Below, piece after piece: positions 1-10,621 of a stretch of 64,000 nt of DNA. The first letter of the stretch is position 1; each line of letters opens with the position of its first letter. The position numbers and the translations under genes were made by a program. The notes below the pieces were generated by a model, which made no database searches, was not told the DNA's origin, and worked only from the letters and a program-made list of their open reading frames with translations. The DNA is taken from positions 7,863 to 71,862 of the forward strand of contig JAJUHF010000004.1 of NCBI GenBank assembly GCA_029268045.1, read 5' to 3'. The stretch is from Anseongella ginsenosidimutans. Its GTDB lineage: Bacteria > Bacteroidota > Bacteroidia > Sphingobacteriales > Sphingobacteriaceae.

Positions 1-201
1 CAGGAGACACGCGGACAGGCCAGTACTATTGCCGGCGATGTGTCGGTGGACTATCGCCTATCCAGGGACGGCCGGTATCTCTTGCGCGCATATAGACAAA
101 ACGAATACGAAGGAGTGATCGAAGGCCAGATCATTGAAACCGGGTTAAGCTTTATCATTTCTCTAGACTATGATAAATTCAAAGAACTGTTCAAAAAATA
201 A
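1..201 (+). CDS. C-terminal end of a TamB-like (translocation and assembly module) protein, 5' truncated by the window edge
   Basis: Frame 1 is open from nt 1 to TAA at 199-201 (...DYRLSRDGRYLLRAYRQNEYEGVIEGQIIETGLSFIISLDYDKFKELFKK*). It resembles TamB C-termini and lies directly upstream of a BamA/TamA-family gene. It is absent from the ORF track because it has no start in the window. Confidence 0.5.
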   Translation, partial: QETRGQASTIAGDVSVDYRLSRDGRYLLRAYRQNEYEGVIEGQIIETGLSFIISLDYDKFKELFKK

Positions 202-2536
202 GCGCCCGCGCCGCTGGTTTCGGTTGCCCAGGTTCTTGCTTCCGGCAAGCGGAATGGGTCTGTTGCTGCTCAGCTCCTGCAATAACCTGAAGCATCTGCC
301 CGCGGGCGAAAAACTGTATACCGGCGCGGAAGTTGTGGTGGAGGCGGAACACCTCACGCGGAAAGAACGGAAAAGGCTGGAAGACGAACTGGGCGAACTC
401 ACCCGTCCCCTGCCGAATAAAAAGTTCCTTGGGATGCGGTTGAAACTATCTTTTTTCAATCTGGCCGGAAATCCCAAAAAAGAAAAAAGTCCGGCTGCGT
501 TCATCAAGAACAAGCTGGGCGAGCCGCCGGTGCTGTTCAGTGCAGTGGATGTTATCAGAAACCAGGACATTCTGATCAACTCGCTTCAAAACCAGGGTTA
601 TTTCAGCGCTGAAGGGCAGGCCGACAGCAGCGTGATTGAGAAAAAAGCAAGCCTCACTTACCAGCTGCGTCCCCGGAACCGCTACCTGATCAGCCAGGTC
701 ACCTTCCCCGCCGACAGCAGCGAGCTGGCACGCGCCATCCGGACCGATACGGCGGAAACCCTGCTGAAAGTGGGGGAGCCCTACGATCTGAATACGGTCA
801 AAGCCGAGAGGGAACGGATTGACAAGTACCTGAAGGAACACGGCTTCTACTTTTTTAATGCAGATTACCTGATCGTAAAGGCAGACAGTACCGTAGGCAG
901 AAACCAGGTTGCCCTCCACCTGCGGGTGAAGGAAAACGCCCCTGAAAAGGCCCAGGCTGTCTACCGGATCAACGACATTCGTATTTATCCCGATTACAGC
1001 CTCCGGGACGACAGTATATCACGTGCGGGCGATACGGTCTTTTACCACGGATTCCACATTTTCGACCCCCAGAAAAAATTCAAGCCTCATCTGTTCCGGC
1101 GCACGATGTTCTTTAAGACCGGTGATATCTATAATCTGGAAGACCACAATCTGTCGCTGAACCGGCTGGTCCACCTGGGAACATTCAAGTTCGTCAAAAA
1201 CCGCTTCACGGAAGTCCAGCCCGAAAACTCGCACCGGCTGGATGTCTCCTACTTTCTCACCCCCTTGCCAAAAAAGTCGCTGAACATGAAGATATCGGGC
1301 ACCTCCAAATCCAATAATTTTGTGGGGTCCGAAGTCACGGTAGGCTGGTTGCACCGGAACGCGTTCAAAGGTGGCGAACAGCTCCAAATTAACCTGACCG
1401 GCGGGTTCGAGACCCAGACAAGCGGACAGCAGTCCAAAACCGACGCCGGCTCTTATTTTCTGGGAGCCGAGGTCGATCTGCAATACCCCCGGTTTATTAC
1501 TCCCTTCTATGTAACCAGCACAGGGGCCTTTGTACCCCGGACGCGCTTTGCGACGGCTTATGAACTCCGTAACCGGTCCAATTATTATTCGATCAATTCC
1601 TACCGCTTCTCCTACGGGTATATCTGGAAGGAAAGCGCGCGGAAAGAACATACGCTGAATCCGGTCTCGGTAACTTTTGTTCAGCCATTCAATACCACGC
1701 CTTTGTTTGACAGTCTGCAGGCGGTTGACCCTACCCTTCGAAACAGTTTTGAGCGGCAGTTTATCCTGGGAGCCAATTATACCTTCACCTATTCGGACCA
1801 GCTCGAAACCGAGCGGCGTCACCACTTTTTCTTCCAGGGCACACTGGATCTCTCAGGCAATATAGCCGGCCTATTCACCGGAAAAAACTCCCCGGCCAAC
1901 CCGGCAACCATTTTCAGGACGCCCTTTTCCCAATTCATTAAAGCGGAAACCGATACGAGAAGTTATTATAAAATAAACGACGGACTCACCTGGGCCAACC
2001 GGCTGATCGTAGGCGCCGGCCAGCCGTACGGCAACTCCCGTACGCTGCCTTTTGTCAAACAGTTTTTCATCGGCGGAAGCAATAGCCTCCGTGCATTCCG
2101 CGCCAGGGCGCTGGGTCCGGGAAGTTACGACGGAACCCGGCCGTCGGGAGGCGGGGAAGACGGCCCCCGCTTTTTCGCCGATCAGTCCGGCGACCTGAAA
2201 CTGGAAGCCAATACGGAACTGCGTTTCGATCTGGTCAGCGCCCTGAAAGGAGCGCTCTTTGTCGACGCAGGGAATATCTGGCTGATGCGGGAAGACCCGT
2301 TGAAACCCGGCGCAGCCTTCGGCAAAGATTTTCTGAAGGAAATTGCCGTGGGTACCGGCATGGGTTTACGCGTGGACCTCTCGTTTTTCGTCATCCGCCT
2401 GGATGTCGCCTTCCCCTTGCGGAAACCGTACCTTCCCGAAGGGGAACGCTGGGTAATTGACCGCGTGGATTTCAGCGACAAGGATTGGAGAAGAGAGAAC
2501 CTGGTCTTTAATATTGCCATCGGCTATCCTTTTTAA
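170..2536 (+). CDS. BamA/TamA (Omp85) family outer-membrane protein, lipidated TamL-like form
   Basis: 788-aa ORF. The N-terminus has a basic region, a hydrophobic core and a lipobox-like LLLSSC. The C-terminal half is Omp85/D15 barrel-like and ends in ...NIAIGYPF. ATG 170 overlaps the TamB-like tail by 32 nt. The Met at 254 is an alternative start. Confidence 0.8.
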   Translation: MINSKNCSKNKRPRRWFRLPRFLLPASGMGLLLLSSCNNLKHLPAGEKLYTGAEVVVEAEHLTRKERKRLEDELGELTRPLPNKKFLGMRLKLSFFNLAGNPKKEKSPAAFIKNKLGEPPVLFSAVDVIRNQDILINSLQNQGYFSAEGQADSSVIEKKASLTYQLRPRNRYLISQVTFPADSSELARAIRTDTAETLLKVGEPYDLNTVKAERERIDKYLKEHGFYFFNADYLIVKADSTVGRNQVALHLRVKENAPEKAQAVYRINDIRIYPDYSLRDDSISRAGDTVFYHGFHIFDPQKKFKPHLFRRTMFFKTGDIYNLEDHNLSLNRLVHLGTFKFVKNRFTEVQPENSHRLDVSYFLTPLPKKSLNMKISGTSKSNNFVGSEVTVGWLHRNAFKGGEQLQINLTGGFETQTSGQQSKTDAGSYFLGAEVDLQYPRFITPFYVTSTGAFVPRTRFATAYELRNRSNYYSINSYRFSYGYIWKESARKEHTLNPVSVTFVQPFNTTPLFDSLQAVDPTLRNSFERQFILGANYTFTYSDQLETERRHHFFFQGTLDLSGNIAGLFTGKNSPANPATIFRTPFSQFIKAETDTRSYYKINDGLTWANRLIVGAGQPYGNSRTLPFVKQFFIGGSNSLRAFRARALGPGSYDGTRPSGGGEDGPRFFADQSGDLKLEANTELRFDLVSALKGALFVDAGNIWLMREDPLKPGAAFGKDFLKEIAVGTGMGLRVDLSFFVIRLDVAFPLRKPYLPEGERWVIDRVDFSDKDWRRENLVFNIAIGYPF

Positions 2537-2597
2537 TATCCGTCCAAAATCCTTACTTTCGGGTTTTCTAATAACCCATTTAAATTTACGAACGAAA

Positions 2598-3530
2598 ATG
2601 AAAATAACTGTAGTAGGTGCCGGCAATGTAGGTGCTACCTGCGCCAATGTAATTGCCCACAAGGAACTAGCCAATGAAGTGGTTTTACTGGACATTAAGG
2701 AAGGAGTAGCGGAAGGCAAATCCCTTGACATGTGGCAGACGGCCCCTATCAATATGTTCGACACCCGGCTGACCGGCTCCACGAACGATTATTCGAAAAC
2801 AGCCGGATCCGAGGTGGTTGTAATCACCTCGGGCTTGCCCCGCAAACCCGGGATGAGCCGCGACGATCTGATCGCTACCAACGCCGGCATTGTGCGTTCG
2901 GTAACCGAAAACATCATCAAGCATTCCCCTGACGCCATTATCATTATTGTTTCCAATCCCCTGGACGTCATGACCTATTGCGCCTTCCTGACCGCGGGCG
3001 TTCCGGCCCACCGGGTATTTGGGATGGCCGGCATTCTGGATACGGCTCGTTACCGCGCCTTCCTGGCCGAAGCCCTGGATTGCTCGCCGAAAGACATCCA
3101 GGCGGTGCTTATGGGCGGCCACGGCGATACGATGGTACCCCTGCCCCGCTATACCACCGTGGGCGGCATTCCGGTGACCGAACTGATCGACGGGAAACAG
3201 CTTCAGGACATCGTTCAGCGGACCAAATCCGGGGGCGGCGAACTGGTCAACCTCATGGGAACATCCGCCTGGTACGCTCCCGGTGCAGCGGCAGCCCAGA
3301 TGGTGGAAGCCATTGTGCGCGATCAGAAGCGGATCTTCCCCTGCTGCGCCTGGTTACAGGGTGAATACGGACTAAAGGATATCTACTTGGGCGTTCCGGT
3401 TAAGCTGGGTCGGAAAGGCATTGAGCAGATTATCGAATTACAGCTGAACGAAGAAGAAAAAGCCCTGTTGAACGAATCGTCCAAAGCCGTGAAGGAAGTG
3501 ATGAACGTGCTGGACAACATGAATAAATGA
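2598..3530 (+). CDS. mdh: malate dehydrogenase
   Basis: The N-terminus MKITVVGAGNVGATCA is a Rossmann GxGxxG motif, and LDH/MDH-family sequence runs throughout. Start trimmed from ORF-track 2457 to ATG 2598. Confidence 0.95.
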   Translation: MKITVVGAGNVGATCANVIAHKELANEVVLLDIKEGVAEGKSLDMWQTAPINMFDTRLTGSTNDYSKTAGSEVVVITSGLPRKPGMSRDDLIATNAGIVRSVTENIIKHSPDAIIIIVSNPLDVMTYCAFLTAGVPAHRVFGMAGILDTARYRAFLAEALDCSPKDIQAVLMGGHGDTMVPLPRYTTVGGIPVTELIDGKQLQDIVQRTKSGGGELVNLMGTSAWYAPGAAAAQMVEAIVRDQKRIFPCCAWLQGEYGLKDIYLGVPVKLGRKGIEQIIELQLNEEEKALLNESSKAVKEVMNVLDNMNK

Positions 3531-3955
3531 TATCAACCACGGTAGCCCTGAACATATTCAGTTTGGAGGGCGATGGCTTTCATCCCAAACTGGAGATTGG
3601 TGTGAACGGCCAGTGTGAAATGGCTATTCTGGATACCGGGGCGTCAAAAACCGCCTTCGACAGGGAGCTTTTGGCCCAGCTGCTGCCTCAGGAAGGGTTT
3701 GAAGAGGTGGAAAGGCTATCCACCGGTCTGGGTACTAATTCCATGCAATGCTACAAGGCCACCATCGCCGAATTGCGGGTGGGTGATTTCATCATCCGCG
3801 ACTTCGAGGTAGCCGTTCTGGACCTCTCGCACATCAATCAGGCTTATAAATCGCTCGGCTTCGGACAGGTGCTGGGTGTCATCGGGAGCGATCTGCTACA
3901 GGAATACAAGGCTTTGATCGACTACGAAAGCCGAACGCTAACGCTCAGAAAATGA
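3527..3955 (+). CDS. retropepsin-like (clan AA) aspartic protease, single-domain
   Basis: 142 aa with one D-T-G-A motif (AILDTGASKTAF). The ATG overlaps the mdh stop (ATGA at 3527-3530). Confidence 0.7.
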   Translation: MISTTVALNIFSLEGDGFHPKLEIGVNGQCEMAILDTGASKTAFDRELLAQLLPQEGFEEVERLSTGLGTNSMQCYKATIAELRVGDFIIRDFEVAVLDLSHINQAYKSLGFGQVLGVIGSDLLQEYKALIDYESRTLTLRK

Positions 3956-4013
3956 GTTTGATAATCTAAAAAAAGATCGGTAACTTCAAGGGACTGAACC
4001 AAAACGTCCGGTC

Positions 4014-4958
4014 GTGAAGCTACCGATCTTCATCGTTGCCGCGCTACTCCTCCCCAATGGAGTCATCAGCCAGGACCTTTCCGGAAAATGGTATGGAAAA
4101 ATTACACAAGGTCCGGGCGGCTATGCCAGTGAATACGCCCTGGAGCTGGAAATAATCCAACGCAACCAGAAGCTCTCCGGCGTTTCCTTTGCCTATTTTG
4201 AGGAAGATGTCGTTGCCCGCTTCAACTACTACGGCTTTTTCGAAGGCGCCAACCGCATTGTGCTTCAGGAGGGTCTCGTACTGGAGAAAAAAACGCCGCC
4301 GCAATGGGTTGTATGCATCAAACGAATGGTGCTCGACTACCGGATCGCCGACAGCGTGGAATTTCTCGAAGGTGAATGGGTGGGCGTCGGAATTACCGAC
4401 GGGGACGCCTGCGTCCCGGGCCGCGTTTACCTCAGTAAAACACCCCACCTTCCGGAACTACTCCCCGCTGCCCAAATTCCGGAGATCCGGGAACTCACTG
4501 AAAGCGCGTCACCACCCTCCGGTGTCCCGGGAATGACAACCCCCAGTTTGAACGAAGATGCCCCGGCCGCGGAAGGACCCATGCCTGAAAAACCCGCTGC
4601 TGCGACGCCCTCGGGGGGAAGGTCCCTCAAGGAAGGAAAAGAAATTGAGGTCAGAAGCCCCGATATTATCGTAAAGATCATCGACTACCAGATACTGGAT
4701 GGGGATACGGTGACGGTGTATTTTAACGACCTGAAAATAGTGGACCGGCAGCTGATCAGCAAAGAACCTATTGTTCTTCATTTACGTGTTGACCAGGCTC
4801 ATCAGCCCGCCAAGTTATTGCTGCATGCAGATAATCTGGGCCGGATTCCACCCAACACCGCGCTGATGATTGTCGAGGACCGGGAAGGCCGCCAACGTAT
4901 TAAACTCGAATCGGATTACCAGCGCAGCGACGTGCTTTTCATCCGATACAGGAAATGA
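4014..4958 (+). CDS. hypothetical secreted two-domain protein
   Basis: 314 aa with a GTG start and a signal-like N-terminus (MKLPIFIVAALLL). Two globular halves are joined by a Pro/Ala/Ser/Glu-rich linker. No family recognised. Confidence 0.6.
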   Translation: MKLPIFIVAALLLPNGVISQDLSGKWYGKITQGPGGYASEYALELEIIQRNQKLSGVSFAYFEEDVVARFNYYGFFEGANRIVLQEGLVLEKKTPPQWVVCIKRMVLDYRIADSVEFLEGEWVGVGITDGDACVPGRVYLSKTPHLPELLPAAQIPEIRELTESASPPSGVPGMTTPSLNEDAPAAEGPMPEKPAAATPSGGRSLKEGKEIEVRSPDIIVKIIDYQILDGDTVTVYFNDLKIVDRQLISKEPIVLHLRVDQAHQPAKLLLHADNLGRIPPNTALMIVEDREGRQRIKLESDYQRSDVLFIRYRK

Positions 4959-4985
4959 GGCGGTTACCCGTACCGCCTACTCCCG

Positions 4986-6941
<1,956 letters not shown>

Positions 6942-7154
6942 TTATACAATATATTATACAAAAATAACGAATTTCGGCCTGAATTTGAAATATATCTTGC
7001 GTCTATCCACATTTGTGCATAATTTTTGAGGACGCGGGGGCGGGGCTCCTGCAGAATCGTCCGCCCCCCTGCTGAAAACGCGCCGCTTTCCCTATAAATT
7101 GAATCACGATTTCAGAAAGAAAAGGAAAAAACGTAACATCGCAGGACAAATAAA

Positions 7155-7781
7155 ATGCTATTCAAGATGCAATCAGTTAGATTCCCCCGGCGTCTGGTTT
7201 CCGGTCGTCGCCTATTCCTCATCGCAGCGGCAGCCACGGTCATGTCGGCCTGCCAACAGCCGGTTTCAACCAATACAAGCGCCGATCCAGCCAACCGGCC
7301 GGCGGCTCCGGCTCCGGAAGCCATCGTCTACGTCAACTCGGATACCCTGCTTGCCAAATACCAATTCTTCAAGGATCTGCAGGCCGAGTTGGAGGAACAG
7401 GGGAAAACGCTGGAAAGTCAGTTGAGCAGCCGTACCAGCAATTTCCAGAAACAGGTAAGCAATTACCAGCAGAACGCCGCGACGATGACTCCCAGCGAAC
7501 GCCAGAGCACCGAACAGAACCTGGGTAAGGCCCAGCAGGATCTTCAGGCGTTCCAACAGAAAGTGAGTCAGGACCTGATGGAAGCGGAACAGGCAGCCAA
7601 TGAAAAACTGCATGCGAAAGTGCAGGAATTCCTGAAGGAATACGCCGCGCTGAATGATTACAAGTTTGTGTTGACCTATAGCCGGAGCAACAATGCCGTG
7701 CTGTTCGCCGATTCGACCCTCGATGTGACCGATGAAGTGCTGAACGGCCTGAACGCCGCTTACGCCAAGGAAAAAAAATAG
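7155..7781 (+). CDS. OmpH/Skp-family periplasmic chaperone
   Basis: 208 aa. Signal/lipobox-like ...TVMSAC, followed by Q/E/K-rich coiled sequence typical of OmpH-family proteins. Confidence 0.75.
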   Translation: MLFKMQSVRFPRRLVSGRRLFLIAAAATVMSACQQPVSTNTSADPANRPAAPAPEAIVYVNSDTLLAKYQFFKDLQAELEEQGKTLESQLSSRTSNFQKQVSNYQQNAATMTPSERQSTEQNLGKAQQDLQAFQQKVSQDLMEAEQAANEKLHAKVQEFLKEYAALNDYKFVLTYSRSNNAVLFADSTLDVTDEVLNGLNAAYAKEKK

Positions 7782-7783
7782 CA

Positions 7784-8155
7784 TCAGCCCGTTTTCGACC
7801 GGAGCTGATCGATTTCACGGCGCTCCTTTTTGGTGGGCCGGCCCGCTCCGCGGTTTCTTTTAAAAACAGGGGCATGGAATGCCGAAGGCATACCGGGAGC
7901 GTCCGTGACCGGGGTAATGTCTTCGTAATACTGGCTGGCAGTGACTGCGTTCACTCTCTTTTCGAGCAGGTCGATCACACGGACCACCTTTTTTTCGGGG
8001 CCTTTCTGCACGGTGATTTCTTCCGCTCCCTTTAGGATGTAGGACGGCTTGACACTACGCCCGTCAATTTTCACTTTCCCGGATTTGCAGGCTTCGCTTG
8101 CAAGGCTTCTGGTTTTAAAGAGACGCACCGCCCACAACCACTTGTCAATCCTCAT
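7784..8155 (-). CDS. S4-domain RNA-binding protein (Hsp15/HslR-like)
   Basis: 123 aa from ATG 8155 (MRIDKWLWAVRLFKTRSLASEACKSGKVKIDG...), an S4 fold. The ORF-track N-terminal extension to 8287 was trimmed. Confidence 0.8.
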   Translation of the reverse strand: MRIDKWLWAVRLFKTRSLASEACKSGKVKIDGRSVKPSYILKGAEEITVQKGPEKKVVRVIDLLEKRVNAVTASQYYEDITPVTDAPGMPSAFHAPVFKRNRGAGRPTKKERREIDQLRSKTG

Positions 8156-8250
8156 GCTCAAATGTAACGATAATTCAAACTTTGAACAAAAAATGCGTTC
8201 TTTGCAATAGGCCGGCGTTGCGGCATCATTGACGTATTTACCATAGCAAA

Positions 8251-9069
8251 ATGAAAGAAGAACTGAGAGTAAAAATCGAGAAGGCATGGGATGATCGTAC
8301 CATGCTGACCTATCCGGACGTAATCGAAGCTATTGTGGCAACAATCGACCTGCTGGATAAAGGAGAGTTACGGGTAGCCGAGCCGGTTTTGAATACCTGG
8401 CATGTGAACGATTGGGTTAAAAAGGCGGTTATTCTTTACTTCCCGACCCAGGAAATGAAGGAGATCAAGACCGGTCCCTTTGTTTTCCATGACAAGATCC
8501 CCCTTAAAACGGATTTTAAAAATCAGGGAGTCCGGGTGGTTCCGCACGGGCTGGCGCGATATGGATCCTTTTTGGCAAAAGGAGTGATCATGATGCCGTC
8601 CTATGTAAACATCGGCGCCTACGTGGATGAAGGCACCATGGTAGACACCTGGGCCACGGTGGGTTCCTGTGCCCAGATCGGAAAAAATGTGCATCTCAGC
8701 GGAGGGGTGGGAATTGGCGGGGTGCTTGAACCCGTGCAGGCTGCTCCGGTGATCGTTGAGGACGGCGCATTCATCGGCTCGCGCTGCATCGTGGTGGAAG
8801 GTGTGCGGGTAGGAAAAGAAGCCGTGCTAGGAGCTAATGTGGTATTGACCGCTTCAACCAAGATTATTGACGTGACCGGGGAGGAACCGGTGGAATATAA
8901 AGGGCTCGTGCCCGAACGCTCCGTGGTTATTCCCGGAAGTTATGCAAAAAAGTTTCCCTCGGGCGAATTCCAGGTTCCCTGCGCGCTTATTATCGGGCAG
9001 CGGAAAGCTTCCACGGACCTGAAAACTTCGTTGAATAACGCCTTGAGGGAATACAATGTGGCCGTATAA
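8251..9069 (+). CDS. dapD: 2,3,4,5-tetrahydropyridine-2,6-dicarboxylate N-succinyltransferase
   Basis: 272 aa. Left-handed beta-helix hexapeptide region (GAYVDEGTMVDTWATVGSCAQIGKNVHLSGGVGIGGVLEP) preceded by a DapD-type N-domain. Confidence 0.88.
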   Translation: MKEELRVKIEKAWDDRTMLTYPDVIEAIVATIDLLDKGELRVAEPVLNTWHVNDWVKKAVILYFPTQEMKEIKTGPFVFHDKIPLKTDFKNQGVRVVPHGLARYGSFLAKGVIMMPSYVNIGAYVDEGTMVDTWATVGSCAQIGKNVHLSGGVGIGGVLEPVQAAPVIVEDGAFIGSRCIVVEGVRVGKEAVLGANVVLTASTKIIDVTGEEPVEYKGLVPERSVVIPGSYAKKFPSGEFQVPCALIIGQRKASTDLKTSLNNALREYNVAV

Positions 9070-9078
9070 TCAACCAAC

Positions 9079-9996
9079 GTGTCAAGCGGGATCATTGAAC
9101 GGGGAATTAGCCGGAAAAATCAGCAGGCAAGCCGGAGGCGGTTTCTGATTATCGAAACCGGAAAGGTCCAGGATGTGATCCTGGCTACCGTGCTAATCGA
9201 AAAGCTGCACGGTCATTTCCCTGATGCACCCATTGATTTCCTGCTGCGGGGCGCCAACAAGTCTTTGCTTAACGGCCACCCCCTGCTTGACGAGGTTTTT
9301 TCCTGGGATGCGGGAAAGGCTAAATTTAAAGGCCTTTTCCCGCTTCTTTGGGAAATCCGGAAACGGAAATACAACGCGGTAATCAATACCTCTACCCTGG
9401 CGGCACCGGGGCTGATTACGGCTTTTTCGGGAGCCAGCCGCCGGATCGGTTTTAGGAACAACCCCCTTTCCTTTCTGTTCACCAAAAAGATCCCTCAAAA
9501 TGTTCCGCCGCGCGGCGCGGACCAATCGGCTCTCTCTGAACTACCCATTCAACGGAACCTGGATCTGATCAAAAGTTTTACCGATTTTGAGCCGCAATCC
9601 CCACGGCTGTATCCTACGGAAATGGATTTCACCCGGGTATTGCCTTTGAAAAAAGCTCCTTATGTTTGCATTGCTCCGGATCCGGATTGGTTAAGTCCCG
9701 TGTTCCCGCTTCAACCATGGACGGACTTTATCCGGGGATCGGCTCCCGGCACCACGATCTATCTGCTCGGTGAGGGATCCGGCTGCACATCCTGCGATGA
9801 ATTGAGCCGCCGGGCCGACAGCCCAAACCTAAAGAACCTCTGCGGAAAACTCAGTTACCTCGAGGCTGCGGCGCTGCTCAGGGACGCCGCCGCCAATTAC
9901 CTGGCCAACCCGGTCCAGATCGGTCTCGGTCTTGCCGTGGGAGCGCCGCTTACCCCCGTTTCAGCATCCACCAAACCTGCATTCAATCTGTCGTGA
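9079..9996 (+). CDS. glycosyltransferase family 9 (heptosyltransferase-like), apparently diverged and C-terminally short
   Basis: 305 aa with a GTG start. GT9-like N-half (FLIIETGKVQDVILATVLIEKLHGHFPDAPIDFLLRG...ITAFSGASRRIGF). The stop TGA at 9994-9996 lies 1 nt before the tsaC ATG. Confidence 0.6.
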   Translation: MSSGIIERGISRKNQQASRRRFLIIETGKVQDVILATVLIEKLHGHFPDAPIDFLLRGANKSLLNGHPLLDEVFSWDAGKAKFKGLFPLLWEIRKRKYNAVINTSTLAAPGLITAFSGASRRIGFRNNPLSFLFTKKIPQNVPPRGADQSALSELPIQRNLDLIKSFTDFEPQSPRLYPTEMDFTRVLPLKKAPYVCIAPDPDWLSPVFPLQPWTDFIRGSAPGTTIYLLGEGSGCTSCDELSRRADSPNLKNLCGKLSYLEAAALLRDAAANYLANPVQIGLGLAVGAPLTPVSASTKPAFNLS

Positions 9997-9997
9997 T

Positions 9998-10582
9998 ATG
10001 AAAGAAACACCGCAAACAAGGGAAGCGCTTAAAAAATCCCTGGAAGTACTGGAAAGTGGCGGTATCCTGCTTACCCCTACCGATACGGTATGGGGCTTAA
10101 GCTGCGATGCCACCAACGAAGAGGCGGTACAAAAGCTGATCAGCCTAAAACAGCGTCCCGAAGGGAAAAGCTTTATCGTCTTGCTAGATGCCGATTATAA
10201 ACTTGAACAATACGTCAGTCAGGTACCTCCGGTGGCTTACGACCTGATAGAACTTGCGGAAAAACCCCTGACCATTATTTTTGACGGCGCCCGGCGACTG
10301 GCCACCGGGGTGATCAACCAGGACGGAAGCGTGGGCATCCGCGTGGTACAACCGCTTTGTTTCTGTAAGCGCTTGCTGGAAAAATTCCGGAAACCACTTG
10401 TTTCCACCTCCGCCAATCTGAGCGGACGGCCTGCCCCGGTAAACAGGCAGGAGATCCCCTCCGATCTCATCGATCAGGTTGACTATGCGGTTCCTGCCAG
10501 TGAAGCCTCCACCGCCGACTCAAAACCTTCCACCATCATCCGGCTCGGTCCTTCCGGTGAATATACGCTCATTCGCAAGTAA
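9998..10582 (+). CDS. tsaC: L-threonylcarbamoyladenylate synthase (YrdC/TsaC family)
   Basis: 194 aa from ATG 9998. YrdC-fold motifs are present (LLTPTDTVWGLSCDA, VSTSANLSG). ORF-track start 9932 trimmed. Confidence 0.85.
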   Translation: MKETPQTREALKKSLEVLESGGILLTPTDTVWGLSCDATNEEAVQKLISLKQRPEGKSFIVLLDADYKLEQYVSQVPPVAYDLIELAEKPLTIIFDGARRLATGVINQDGSVGIRVVQPLCFCKRLLEKFRKPLVSTSANLSGRPAPVNRQEIPSDLIDQVDYAVPASEASTADSKPSTIIRLGPSGEYTLIRK

Positions 10583-10621
10583 AAGGATCGAATATCTGCC
10601 AGGTTTCTTATTTTTGCCCGG

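Noticed and set aside
7034-7045. G-runs (GCGGGGGCGGGG) as a G-quadruplex
   Set aside because: Only two G-tracts are present. The sequence is better explained as one arm of a G/C hairpin.
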